Source: Hormiphora californensis (taxonomy: Eukaryota; Animalia; Ctenophora). Taken from it: a stretch of DNA of 64,000 nucleotides. The notes under the pieces were generated by a model, which saw only the letters and a program-made list of their open reading frames with translations, made no database searches and was not told the origin of the DNA. The position numbers and the translations under genes were made by a program. Location: the NCBI GenBank assembly GCA_020137815.1, contig CM035360.1, forward strand, positions 3,844,001-3,908,000. Reading direction: 5' to 3'. Of the stretch, positions 1 to 13,421 are shown in pieces (the first letter of the stretch is position 1; every line of letters starts with the position of its first letter).

Positions 1-313
1 CGTAACCAGTGTGTGACAAAATTGATTGCAATTGGTATCCAATGCCCTCTGTTGTACCCAGTATCAGATATCTGGCTTGGAGTACAAAAGAGGTTCCTGG
101 AAAACAAAAAATATGGACTAGCGAAAACCTACATTGGCTTAAACACATGAATTTAGGTTCATTAATGAATTTCTGCATTTTTGAACTTGAAACTCTGTAC
201 ACATATCTGGCATAAGCTCAATAACATTGTGTCAAAATTTCAGAACCATTGGAATTAAGGTACCGGATAAATCTAAGATTTAAGACCCTCCCTTTTTATT
301 GGCCCACGCGGTA
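1..313. mobile_element. Right part of a TA-flanked non-autonomous DNA transposon (Tc1/mariner-type MITE)
   Basis: 235-313 ends ...gaccctccctttttattggcccacgcgg|TA and is nearly identical to 61405-61486. Confidence 0.55.
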
Positions 314-1217
314 CATATGTATTTCAGAAACCGTAATGGTCAAAAACCGTATTATTCAGACACCATATTCCCACTACAAGCAGCACTGTTAGACAATAGA
401 CTAGGACCGTGAAATGGGGGTAGCAGTGGGATAAGCGAAAATTAAAATCGCGAAAATAGTCAATTTTGATCGAATCGCGAAAATTAATGGCCTCGAAAAT
501 ATCTAGTTTTACAGTATGAAGAAGCGTTTCATGCATAGAATACCAGATTGGATTTCGGAAATAGAAAATGCTTCATAGCCTCCCTTGTACCTCCGAGAGA
601 TCTCCCGGGAGATCGCCCAGAGTTGCAATGGAGGCCATGAGCCTTCAAAGTTCAGGGTTAAGGGAAGGTCTAGCGTTAGAGAAAATTCAAAGAGCAGGGA
701 CATCCCAGTATCACACGTTAAGATCATGTGTCATGTGTGATATTGGGGTGTCTCCTGCTCTGTTGAGAAAGTGATACTTTAGAGAGTGCGTTGGCACCAT
801 TTTTCTGGGTTTATATTCACTATTGAGTGGGGCATTAAGTGCATAATTTTTTATACATGTTTGCTGGTATCTCAAACTGTTTTCAGCCTCCTTAGTCCTT
901 TGTTTGTGTCTCCCAGAGGCTCCTGAAGGCCTTTGAACTTTTTTACGTGATGTGTGTTGCTAGCTCGGTGATCATATGTACGATCTATATTTTTTGGGTC
1001 TCTTCTTATTTGGACACAGATGGCTACAGTCGCATATTTCGGCTATAATTTCTGTTTTTTGTTTCTAATTTCTAATTTATACTGATAAAATCATCATTGA
1101 ATACTACTCCTTCTGTGGTGACTGTTGGCAATGCCACAACCCTTGTAAAAGCTGACGTGTTTCCAACTTATTATGCACATTTTCATTTAATCCCCATTCC
1201 CCAAGTTCTAGGTGAAG

Positions 1218-4200
1218 ATGGTTAAAGCTGCGAAGCGACCCGGTGGTCAGAAGACTGAGAAGGATCCTTCGATCTTTTCCCAGGAATACTTCCTCCAAAA
1301 CCAGGCAGATCTTATGTCATCGCTCTGTCTCATTATCATGAGTGGACTACTATTCAAGGTGGGCCATTGTTTACTGGAATTGGAAGTGAAGGGTCACGGC
1401 AGTAGTTAAAGATTAAATATATTAATTTAAGAGTAAAGTGGTCAACTTTCACCGCTTTTCCTTCTCTAACTCTGAATCGAATTCCTCAGCCGACCCGGGC
1501 TCTCTCGGCCAAGTTCTGTTTCGTCCAACACAACACAACCAATCTCACTGATCCCGAGATAAAGCCCATGTACAAAGTTGGCCAGGCAGATGTGCTGGTG
1601 ACTGTGTTTTACTCTCTTCTCTGTATTGCTGTACACGCTGTTGAGAATGAATACTTTTGGGAGGTATGTTGAATCCTGGCGGTGATAATTTCCAGCGAGA
1701 GTGTAAATTAAGGAAATCTTTTCAACTTTTAGTCTAAAGAGCAGATCACTGATCTATTCTGTGAGAAACAGAAAGTTGAAACACTGTTCTAACTTCTACA
1801 TTTCAGAAAATTGCCCGACGACTGCGGCTCAGCAAAACTCGATTGTCGGAGTTCATGGCTCTCGGAAGTACACTGCCCTACCACATTGCTATCGTTTTTG
1901 GAGCTGTTTATGTTATGAAAGAGGTCAGTGGGGCGGGGATCAATAATTCTTATAGTTGAATTATTCTTACATAACTATTACATCTTTCCAATTCTTGCCT
2001 TGTTCGACCTTCTCTATCTCCGTACCCCGGTAAAGGAGGGTTAGAACATAACAAGCACATTTCACTTTACTAACTACCAAACTTCTAACAATAACAATTT
2101 CAGGAAGGACTACTTCTCGACCCTATGGCTCTCCTCACCACCGTCCCTGTAGTTGAAATGCCCATGCTTATGAAGTTCTACTGGCTTCTCATCCTATCCT
2201 TCGCCCTCCACCAGTACCCTGAGATGTACTTCATGAGGGTCAAAAACGTTAGTCGTTAGTAGTAACGGGGGGGGGGGGTTCAGGATAAATGGTTCGGACG
2301 TATATGCCACTTAAGGGGGTGGGTGTTTTTTCAAAATTGCCACTTAGTGTTTTTCGCTAAATGGTCATTTTTGGCCGAATTTGGTCAATTTTCGGCCAAA
2401 TTTGGTCAATTTTCGGTAAAAATTGAGATTCTTCGAGGTGGACCTGAAAAATTTTCAATTTTCAAAATTCAAATTTCAATTTTCTCGCGCGCAAAAATTT
2501 TTTCTGGAAATTTTTTGGTTTTGTTCCCAGAAAACAGCCTAAATTTTGCCATTTTTTTGGCAAAAAAGCTAGTTTTTCGGTAAATTTAGGGGGTTTAGGG
2601 GTCTATTTGGGGTTTGACCACTAAAAGAAACTGATTAAGTGGTCAATTTTAGGGGGTGGGGGGGGTCCTTTTGGATTTTGACCACTTAAGCAATTTTTAG
2701 GCATATACGTCCGACCACTACGATAGTAAAATATACTGCATAGAATATACCACATGGAGCTATTTAGACCACCTGATGACGTTATCCTATCTCCTGAGAA
2801 AATTTATTCGGATAACTTCTCAGTTCTCTTAACCTGTGCACAATTAGCCCCACCCCTATGTACCTTGGAAGCGGGCTCAACCCTCACAAATAAATCTGCC
2901 CGCCCAGTCCCTCCCATTTTCCGTGGGAAAACTTGACAAGCCTTAAAGATTCTAGCCCGCTTTTTTAGAGGGCCTTTGGTATTTCTTTAGTTCTGGGAAT
3001 TTGGGAATTGGACAAATTGTTCCGTACCCAAACCTCTTCCCCTTATCAGTTATTTCCCTATCTTTCTCCTACTGAGGTCCTACCACCATCATACAATTTC
3101 AATTCTGTATAATATCATTGTAACCCACTCTTTGTAACACCTGTGTAACCTCAATTCCCTCTTTGTAACCCATTTTAACCCAAATGAAACCCCTAATTCC
3201 CTATTTGTAAGTTGTAACCCACATGTAACCCCCTTCCTTCCTCAGGAGGAGATGCCTAACAAGATCATTGGTTACACCGCCCTCATCGTTCCCATGACAG
3301 CTGCCTATATTACCGGGTAAGAATGAGGCAGGGAGAAGGGGTGTTACTTTGTCAAATAGTATGCTGTATGAAACACTCGTGGTTATTATATAGCAGAGTA
3401 GTTTCAAGTCTCTATCTCATCAGGGAGTGGAGGGTAGTTTGGGTATGTTGGTAACTACTATTATTATTATGTGGGGGAGTTACTGGGGTGTGAATATATG
3501 GGTGTATAGTAGGAAGTGTAGTAGGGGGAAATTGCAGCGCCCCCAACATATGTGTTACTGCGGTGGTGGTGTCAATTTGGTACGCAGCTGTACATATGTT
3601 GCACAGTCGACTCCGATTTATCGGACAAACCTTTCCCCTGAGCATTCTGGTAAATCTGCAGATTCTGCAGTTATCTGCATGTTATCTGCATGTTATCTGG
3701 ATCTGAATCAGATGATTGCCATCTGTAAATAATGAGATAGAGAAAAAGAAAGAGGGATGGGAGTATGTAATGCGTGTTTGCACATCCACACCACAGCCAC
3801 TCACGTTCTGTTAATAACTAGGGGAAATGAAATATGCTGCCTTTTGTCTCTATCTTATGTCTCGTATTATTATACGAAGAACAATGCGTATGAATAGTAT
3901 AACTTTTGTGTTTGCTTTCTCTCAATCTCTTGTTATAATCTCTCTCTCTCTCTCTCTACTTCATCTTAACAATTTTCCCATTCCTAAATTCCACTCATAA
4001 CCACACCTTGGAACTTGCAACTACTGCAGCTACACACATTGCAGGGTCCTATCCCTTGTAAGTTGTATCCGGGGTGCTGCAACAGGGTGGTCTCTCTGCA
4101 CAATAAAACTTGACGTAACGCGCGATGCTTCCCTTGTACACTATGTTTCGAAATATTGCGCGGGGTGCGCGCCAACAAGGGGACAGTCACCGAAACGTCA

Positions 4201-6818
4201 GCAAATGTGTGACAACACTCGCACAAAAGAAGAGAGGTGGAATTTCTGAATAATTGTCGTGGTGGCAGATGCTTCTCAGCCTATCAGGGACACGGCAATA
4301 TTGTGTGTAAAATGTCACCGTCTACTAAGCTAGTTAACTAACAAGTCATCAAAGGGAATGGATAATACAATTGTACAAGAGAGGGACTACCTCTTTCTCC
4401 GATTTCAAGCACGGGGTGGTGAATTCCCTTAGTTAACTAACAAGGCCATAAAAACTAATTCTCTTTTTCTCAGATTGGTATATCCTGGCACTGTTGTGTT
4501 GATTATCCACTGTCTAATTGAGATCATGAATGCTATTGCTACAGTCATGGATTGCGTTGGAAAGCAGGAGTTGGCCCAACCCTTCTACAAGTAGGTTTCC
4601 ATATTCGATTCATGACTTAATATTTCCAAATATTTCCATACTCATGGTATGCTCAGGGAAAGAGGCCCTGATATCGAGTCAGAGAACTGTGACAGAGAAA
4701 GTGCTCCGTTTCTAATCCATTTACTATTGAGCTAAATTAACAACTGATTTTCCATCAGGATGTGGTCGGTAGGATTTATCCCTGCCCGGGCAACCATCAC
4801 CGGACTTTGTGCCCTCACATTCTTCAACATCCAGGGTGCGGAAGGTGTTTCTCCCGTCCGGCTTCTTGCATGGTAAGATATTCTAAATGCTAAGATGTTG
4901 CAATAATAAGGGAGTGGTCTGGATTTATTGCAATCTCGCTGTTCATTTGGCACTCTTCCAGTAACGTCTCACCCACGTAGAGATTCCGACACACACATGT
5001 GTCTCTCGATCAATATATATATATACTAGCGCACCCATTGGGTGCGCCTCAAATAAGGGGTGTTCACAAACCACCCGGCTTCGCCGGGTGGCCCTCTTTT
5101 TTCCCACATTTGATGGTTGCCATGGCAACTAAATCGGTAACTATGGAGACTGAATTGCTAAATTATGTTCCGAAATAATCACTAACTGCCAGCAGAGTTT
5201 AAACATCTGCTCCCAAGAAGAAAGCCGGCTGTTTAGCGTACTTCGTTGCCCGGCTTTGAGTTTTCCATCAAAGTTCCATAACACTCCCATAATTTAATGG
5301 GTGTGGAATACATGTCACAAAGACATGTGATCACTGAGCTGATGAGAAATGTGACACTGACAGGGGTACTAATGAGGATAACTAATAGGGTTGATGTGAT
5401 CTGATAGCAGAAGATCTGAGAGAACTGTAGAAATAGAAGGTGTCCCTATAGCAACATGAATGATTATGACGACACCTCGACCAAAATGACGTGTCTGGAA
5501 CGCGCGGGTAGGAAGTTGAATTGAAAGTTTCTAATGTCTTCTGTGTGTGCTGTGCGCGCCGCGCGATTTCCTTCTTGGCTGCCGTAGTTACGTCAGTTCA
5601 CCAATATTTCGTCACAACACGCCATTGGATGTTTTAATAAAGGAGCAGCTTGTCGCTTAGATACCGCTGAACGAACGACCACCACGTCGTTCATCTCCAA
5701 ATTATAATAGAGATTAGACATTATATATTAGACATTATATATTAGACATTATCCCTACTTTTTGGGCTAATGGGTAAAATATTTATCCACGTCCAACACC
5801 AGCTTTAGCCCCTTGTTTCTTACTCTCTACCAGTAACCCCTTTCTCTAACAGCTGTTATAGCCGGGGGGGGGGGGGGGGCTGTCGCAAAAATCTCAGCTA
5901 CCCTGTTTTTGGCCGATGAGATTTTTGAGATTTTCGGGAAAATTTGCTCAATTACGTTTGAGATTTTTGAGATTTTTGTGGTAAATTGAAACAATTTTGG
6001 CTGCCAATACTCAGTCTTTCGTCTTTTTTTAGCTTAAAACCGAATCATAATATTAATTTAGTAACTTAATTTGGTAAATCTCATGTTTTAGCTTCATATT
6101 AACTTTTGTATTAGAACACAAGGAAAGTTTCTATTCAGAATTTCGATTTTTGGTAAAAATACACAAGGATTGTTTCTATCCCAAATTTTCGAACGGACAT
6201 TTTTCCTTTCTATGAGATTTTTGAGAAAAATTTCCGACTTTTTCCGGAAAAATCGCAAATTTGCCTCAAAAATCTCAAAAATCCCACGTTTTTTAGCCAA
6301 AAATCGAAAATCCCAAAAATCTCAGCTACCCTGAAAATCGCCAATGAGGCATGAGATTCTTGCGGCAGGCCCCCCCCCCCAGCCGGGCTCCCCCCCCCCC
6401 CCCCCCCGGCCCCTGTGGCATGTACTCCCTTACACCCACCAGTCACAACTAACCCCTTTCTCTCTCCCAGCACTATCGTCCTGGGCGGTATGGTGGCTCT
6501 CCAGTTCTACCTTGCAGCCAACTTCATCCACACCGTTCTAAGCTGGAGGAGTGACGCCAAGGAAGTCGAACTCGCCCAGAAGAAGGCAGATAACTTCTGG
6601 CAGCAGAGGTATGTACACTGCAGTACAATTATTGTACAGGGTGGCCCAGAAATTGTGTGTTGGTGGGGGATGGGGGAGCTGTGAAATAGGGTGTGGTTTT
6701 GTGTAGTGGGGTGGAGACTTCGCTAACACCTAGTACAGTACTGAATAAACATTCAGCAACCACGTCACCACATTCTATGATTTTTCTAATGTCCATCTTT
6801 TTTGGTTCATGGATCCAC

Positions 6819-6851
<33 letters not shown>

Positions 6852-6973
6852 ACTATGGTCCCTTCTCTAACACATATTCCCCCTGCAGGAAAGAGGCCAA
6901 CAAAGAAGCCAAGAAGGCCCGAGCTGAGAAGAGGGTGGCAAAGGAAGCTGTCGTTGCCGGCAAGACTGATTAA
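1218..6973 (+). CDS. TRAM1: Translocating chain-associated membrane protein (TRAM1-like, TLC domain), 9 exons
   Basis: GT-AG exons at about 1218-1358, 1490-1663, 1808-1923, 2104-2247, 3246-3316, 4474-4590, 4759-4872, 6471-6608 and 6889-6973 join in frame. Motifs PSIFSQEYFLQNQADL, FVQHNTT, KIARRLRLSKT and LHQYPEMYFMRVK match the TRAM family. Lys-rich C-terminus ends GKTD*. Confidence 0.88.
2290..2718. mobile_element. MITE in TRAM1 intron 4
   Basis: Terminal inverted repeats tggt(t)cggacgtatatgcc / ggcatatacgtccgacca around an AT-rich core with a recurring ccacttaag motif. Confidence 0.6.
5861..6412. mobile_element. MITE in TRAM1 intron 7 with poly-G/poly-C termini
   Basis: Inverted ends (G)n-ctgtcgcaaaaatctc / gagattcttgcggcaggc-(C)n, with internal gagattttt/aaaaatctc repeats. 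Confidence 0.6.
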
Positions 6974-7007
6974 TTATCGGACAATTGTAGTCGAATGAAA
7001 TATGTGG

Positions 7008-7082
7008 GAGAGAGAGAGAGAGAGAAAGAGAAAGAGAAAGAGAAAGAGAAAGAGAAAGAGAAAGAGAAAGAGAAAGAGAAAG
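7008..7082. repeat. (GA)n/(GAGAAA)n microsatellite in TRAM1 3' region
   Basis: Seen directly. Confidence 0.9.
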
Positions 7083-8841
7083 CTAGATGGGATTGAAAGA
7101 TATGATGTTTTGACATTGTGTTTGTGTGTGGATTATTTAATTCGACAGTGCGTGGATTAATTGCACACGTCTATATTGACACGTATCTATCAAACGCTAA
7201 TTTTCTTATCCCGTCATTTCATCCCAAACCATGCGGTGTAATTTAAATTTACTAATTTTTCAGTGCTTATTATACATCTCATATTTTAAGTTACATATAT
7301 AATATCGGGACTTAGGGCCTCTGACATTGTAGTTATACAAACTTTTTTTCAGAGAAAATCCCGATTGAGTATTGTGAGAAGTTTGGGAGACAGATTAACA
7401 AAGTAGATTATTTATTGGTTATCCATATTTTAACTATTCTGGTATATACGGTAGGATTTCTAACCCACCCGCGTAGGATTGCATTGTGTGTGTTATATTT
7501 TCACCCTACCACTGCCTGGCGGTGCCAGACCCCGATCTGATTCTCAAATGCGCTCAGATGGGGTCCGCGGCGCCTGACAGCCCCATCATTATGTTATCTT
7601 GAGCACAAGATTTTACTCTGTCGACACACACATTATTTTAATGTTCCTTTTTTTCATAGTGCAGGTATATAACTTGTTTTAATTTGTTTTTACCGGGAAA
7701 TAGTAGGCTGAGCAGCTCCATAGACCATATCGAGATAAAGTATCCCGCAATCTCTCCCTTGCTCTCCTTAGTAAAAGTAACTATCTCTTTCTCGTGGATC
7801 GATCTGCTCAACCTGCAAATTGGTATAAACGGGGAACAAACCATTCCATAGTTTGTTTCGCGTTTAAGGGATGGTATAGTCTTGTTATTAGTACGGCTAG
7901 TGCTACAAGATGCCATAATTGCCAAGGTGGCTGAACGGCCAACTTTTCCGTTACGTGTGATCTGGCGGCGCCAGACCTCGTTTTGATTCTCAAAATGCAC
8001 GACAGTGCGCTCAGATCGGGTCGGCGCCGCCAGGCAGCATGTGATGACTGCGGTGAGAGTCTTAACTGCCACCTCTTGTCTGGTGGTCCGTGGTTGTAAG
8101 TGCTGATCTGACAGCTGCCAGGCAAATGGTAAATACTCTGACCACTGTTCTCCGTCTCAATGACAATATGGTCAATAAGGTCAATAAGGATCCAACCGTA
8201 TGAGGGCATCTTTAGATTCTAATAGAAAATTAACATGACACTGGGTTTTGCTAATGCTATGAGCTAAATCTTTTTGACTACAAAATACAAAACTTGCATA
8301 TTTCTAACCCACTCTACAGGTCTGGGAAATAGGATTGTCTATCAGTATCACTATTTCTAAATCTATGGCTAAACTATGACTAAGTAAGTCTATGTGGAAT
8401 TAACGATGAATCAGAATTGGTAATTCCCCGAATTGTTTCCCCATCATTTTCTGTTACACAATCAGAACAAAAATTATAATTTGTCATTTAAGAACAATTG
8501 TGAAATCAGTTTGTAATTTGGACACAATAGGGCATAATCAAATTGATTGCAAACAAACTCATTCAGTAGATAGAAGCTTCTGAATCTGAATGATACTTTT
8601 GTCATCAAGTTGGTTCTAGACCGAGATCGATGGTCTCCATCTTTTAGACAGTCTGACCAACTGAGAATTAGTGTCAAAGTAGCAGTTTCACGATCAGATA
8701 AAAACAGTGTAAATTAGTCAACAGAATCAGATATTGTCTCTCGAAGAGCAACATATATTGTCCCTGACATTTGTCTCTGATTTAGTAGATCATCACATTC
8801 AGTAGATCAAGGTTTGACACACAGATATCTCAGTGAAGTTT

Positions 8842-11800
8842 TCATATTACACTGGGGAAAGCAGTCCGTTTTGCACGTGGATCACTGTATCCCCGTGGGT
8901 CTGATTTCCGGGACACAACTGACAGCCTGTCGCATGGAATACTGGGTAGATCACAACTCTGGGAACGTTGGGGTAACAATTGGAGGTTACCATGGGACAC
9001 GGGAAGGGTGGGAGCAGTCTTGTTCAAAAAGTTTTTGTGCCATTTGGAGATGTTCTTGTCAAGGATTTGATCTGCTTTTCTGTTCTTCAACTCGCGATGG
9101 TTTTCTCTCCTGAAGAGATAATTAGGGATTAGAAATAGAACAAAATATGTTGATATTGGTTGTAGAAAAGCTGTATAGACATGAACGGTGAACCCATCCA
9201 TGTACACTGGCTCTTATAATACTCCCTATAACGGTAGTTAATAATTACCTGAGTCCAGCCCAGGATCCACCCTGCTCGGGTGATTTCCTAGGTCCAATAA
9301 CTGATCCCTCCATCTGTCTAAGACTCCTCCTTGCTTCGTCCCTAACACCTCGCATCAGCTCATCTCCCTCCCGTCCGGCTGGGGTCCTGACATTGGACCG
9401 ACCCGTAGGGGACTATCCTCACCTAATCCCAAGTTATCTGAACTCCGGCAGGTCACTCGGTGTTGGTTGTTGTTGGTGTATTTTGTGATGTTGTCCCCGT
9501 ACAGGCAGGTGTTAGGTTTGATAGGGGTGTCTGGTCTGGCTGTCTTCTTGGCTCGGGGTTCTCCGAATGAGAGCTGAGGGAATGACATAGGTGTTAGGAT
9601 TGTTATAGGTTGGATCTTCCTCTCTGTCTTTTTGGAGTTTCAGAGAGATTGGGGTTGGAATTTGTAACAGGGGGATCATTACAATAAGATTGGAAGGTGC
9701 GAGAACAAAGACCGGTAAATTTAGGCGTGACTCAACGGTACGAGGTAGAATGGCAGAATTATAAGTTTTCGGAGTCAGAAAACTTGTCTGAATAATATTC
9801 AGAATTTCAATTACAGTCGAAATATTATATATAAGTTGAATATTTTAGAATGGGTATCATAATATCACTTGTGATCACTTCTGACAGTGACAGGTCTTGT
9901 TAGACTTAGCAGATTCAGAACCTTCTAGAAGACTCTGGCCCCAGATATAAGGATGACATGACAAATTCCATGCAAGATGGGTATGTTGGGTCGCTAACCT
10001 AATTTACCCACCCTGCTTGAAATTTGTCATATTCAAGTTGAATTTCAAGTGGGGAGAGAATGAGACCACGACACATGGATTGAATTGCAGTACTAGCTGC
10101 ATGTTATATCCAATTCCTAAAAGAGGTGAAATGGAGAAGTGGGGCAGCTTGTATCCTAAAAAGGGGCAGTTTATGTTGGGGGTTGGGGGAAGAGGGAGAA
10201 GGTTGGGGGCAGCTGTTCCGAACAATATATTTACCTGAACACTTCGTGATCTCCGGGTAACAAGTCGCTGGTTGGTTAACATTTCTCTCGAGGACACCCG
10301 GGCGTCTCGATCAAAAGATGCCTTGGTCATCTCGAGGGTTCGGTCAGGGACGGCTGCAACTTTACCGCTGTACCCGAAAATAGCTCCTCCATGAAGTGTG
10401 TCGTGTCCGTAAAGGTTTTCTAGCTTGATTGTCATTGTGTAGAGTGGGCGCTAGAGAGGGAGAGAGGATGGGTTAGTAAAATCGAGCCAGAGTGGGCTAG
10501 AGAGGAAGAGGGCTTAGTAAAATCGAACCATTAGCAAGAGAGGGTGTGAGAGCTGACAGACTAGGAACATGTCAAATATCAACTTGGTCAGATTGTTCAA
10601 AAAGTATAAAAAGTAAAATATAACATAGCATAAGTTATAGTATCAAATTAATCTTATTCTTTCACATTCTCAACAAGCGGGATAAAAATAAAATGTGTGT
10701 TGACTTGAGAGTATCGCCTTTCTCTCTCGTGATAGCTGGATAGCACGAGACCCTTTGCCGTCACGAAGCAAATCAGATAAAAATCAGGAGACTGCACTGT
10801 AAAGAAAGGTCAATACTGTTCCTAACAAAGAACTGGCCACCTTCACAACTTGGCTCAAGTCCCGATTAAAATTTAATTTAAAGATAGCCCTTACCGTTAC
10901 CACTTTTCATGAAACTGCTCTTACAGAATGGTAAACAAAACAAAGCGATTCTGCCCGAAATGGCCTCATGATAGTCTCACGTTAGATAAATGCTGTAAAT
11001 AACCTGGTCATGTTTACCACCCCGCCATGGATTCCCTCTACCCCTCCCCCGTAATTTGCTCAACCCCTCCCAAAGTGAATTCCTGTCTAAGTAAGTTGCC
11101 AATAGCAACCCCCAGGCACGTGACCCGAGAGCCCGCACCAAAATTATAACAAAGTATGCCGATATATAAATTATGCAATGCCCCCCTGACGATGAGACAC
11201 AACAAATTTAGAGTTTTACTTTTGCGGGACAGCTCCTAATTGGTCGGTTATTATTGTTACTATAATTAGACCACAGATCGGGTGTCTCCTCCTCCCATTT
11301 TATACATGAGGTTCCTGTGATAGAGTTTTATTAGTCTTCTCCATGAACCACTCTGTGTGTTTCGTGTCCAACCACTCAAACTCAGTGCACAAACCGATCC
11401 ATTTTCACAGTTTTCTTGGCAAAAGGAACCGGTTCAATGGAACAATAATCCTTCTTTGAATGGCCCGGAGCTGGGTAATCAGAGGGTTCTGATCTCTATC
11501 AGTCAGAGATATCTGGGAGAGATCTGGGGAGATTGAAGGAAGTCGGACTTCCCGGATAAACTGGGCTGGCTCCTCCCCATATAGCATCACAGGTGCTGAT
11601 CTGGGACGTGTTTTCAGGGGCAGTAACAGCTTTCTTTTTGGTTCTCCTCCGTACCTCCTCCCTCAGAAGGCCAGTAGGGAATTTATCAGGGTTAAAGTCA
11701 GTTTCTCGGCACTGTTTTGAGTTCTTCTCCATTGCCAGGAGCTCGCGGGTCAACTGTAACCGATTTAACTTGTACACCCTCGTGCAGTAATCCCGCTGAG

Positions 11801-12122
11801 GTATCCAAGGTGGAGAGGGTGGATGATTAACTTCATGTCAGCCCGTTTGTTGGCTGCCAGTGCCTAACTCCCGGGTACAGAAGCTGTAGAGTTTCCCTGA
11901 GATGATCCCATGAGATCGGCTACTTGGTGCAGATCTAGAACGCCGTGCAGCGGCCATCAAGGGGAACTGAGAGAATAACAATGAAAAAACGGGCTTAAAA
12001 GGGACAGGAGAAGAAGAAAAGAATTCTCTTCTAGAAAGTATAATGATATATGTTCTCCGTTGGGTCAGCTTATCTCGGCGCTGAGTCCCCATGACAACTG
12101 AAGGGTTGGCTAATCGGCCCAT
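8842..12122 (-). CDS. Uncharacterised multi-exon gene; model incomplete, with apparent frameshifts
   Basis: Exon-like GC-richer blocks at about 11405-12120, 10236-10450, 9250-9660 and 8842-9110; several have GT/AG boundaries. Protein-like open frames, no recognisable domain. Confidence 0.35.
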
Positions 12123-12817
12123 GGAGAGGGAGAGAGAGAGGGAGAGAGAGGGGAAGAAGTAGGGAGACGAGGGAGAGAAGGGAGAGAATCAAAGTGTGAG
12201 AGAAACTGAATATTTATTCTGAGGGGTATATCACTATCACTCCCGCGGTACGACCATGCAGGGAGATTGAAAATCGAGTACAAGAATTCCGAGGGAGAGA
12301 GGTTGGTAAAATAATGCTGAAATAATGCAGTTTATTTGACTGTGACGTGTCTTGAATATCAATAAGTACCAGTGCCAGTTACCATGCTACGCAGTCTGTC
12401 TCAGACAGTGTCTGTGATCTTTTCGGCACTTCGGCCCGGTGAGCTGACAGACAAGGAACATGTCAAAGTGCCAGTGTACCGTACACTGTATGTACGTGTG
12501 ATTGGCAGGGTATAGCGTTTGGCCAATGTCATTTCAAACTCAAGTCCGGTGTCATAGTGTTTTTCAATTGGCATAATTGTACCACAAACAGTAAACGGCA
12601 AATGAGTAAATGACCTCCCCGAAAGAGGAGTAAACCTCTTTCGGGGAGGTCATTTGCCAGATGCAGCACTCACAATCAACAGTAAACCTGGTGTGCTTCA
12701 ATTATGTGATATCTGAGTTTTTGGCAGTTTGTTATTGGATTTGGGCAATGTGGATTGTGGGGGTAATGGAATTTTATCGTGATTATGTAGTCTGTCATGT
12801 TCTTTGTTCGTTGTCAA

Positions 12818-13421
12818 CTAACCGGAACCGCTGGATATCCTTCTTCCGGCCTTGTACCACTGTGAAGCTGTATCAGACGATGTAAAACGTATTTTATCAA
12901 CCACATCCCCAGCCCACCTGGCATTGCAGTTAGGCTTACTCTTAGGAAGGTAGGTAGCTGCAAACTTCAACTCCACAATCAGATCACCATTACAGTGTAC
13001 TGTCAGTTTCTCGGGGTCTTTTCGGATTGTAAAAATGTTTGGGCTCGCATTTTTAGGGACCCCGGTTACTATCCGGGGATCAGTGGTCCAGCTAGTACAA
13101 TAGGTGAGCGCAAACTTCATCGGACTGGTCAATTCAATGAAAATAGCACCAACTGTCGCTGCGATTTGAAGATAACTCCCGTCGGTGGTTCCAAAATTTG
13201 TTTTGATTTGTAATGGATCTTGCTCCAAATCCCAATCTATTTGAACATTTTTGGTAACTTCAGTCCAGTCGCCTGAAATGTTAAGTCATGTAGTATTATG
13301 GACAATTAATTATATGGATTTTAGACAGTGTACAAATTGAAATATGTACAATATTAATCATTGCCTCCCCCTTACCTAAAGTAGAAAGAAACAGAAGCAA
13401 ACAAAGAACAAGTCCCTTCAT
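12818..13421 (-). CDS. Secreted ~166-aa protein made of one uncharacterised 'WDLE..PLQIKT' domain
   Basis: Exon 1 13421-13376 is a signal peptide (MKGLVLCLLLFLSTLG, phase-1 GTAAGG donor). Exon 2 13272-12818 is in frame: DWTEVTKNVQIDWDLEQDPLQIKT...CNARWAGDVVDKIRFTSSDTASQWYKA. TATA-like element near 13577. Confidence 0.75.

Noticed and set aside
5072-5102. Rho-independent terminator-like hairpin + T tract
   Set aside because: Lies in a eukaryotic intron; better explained as a transposon terminal structure.
12597-12658. Perfect ~23-bp hairpin (similar isolated hairpins at 50678-50790 and 54622-54662) as a pre-miRNA
   Set aside because: Indistinguishable from collapsed MITE ends; no expression evidence available.
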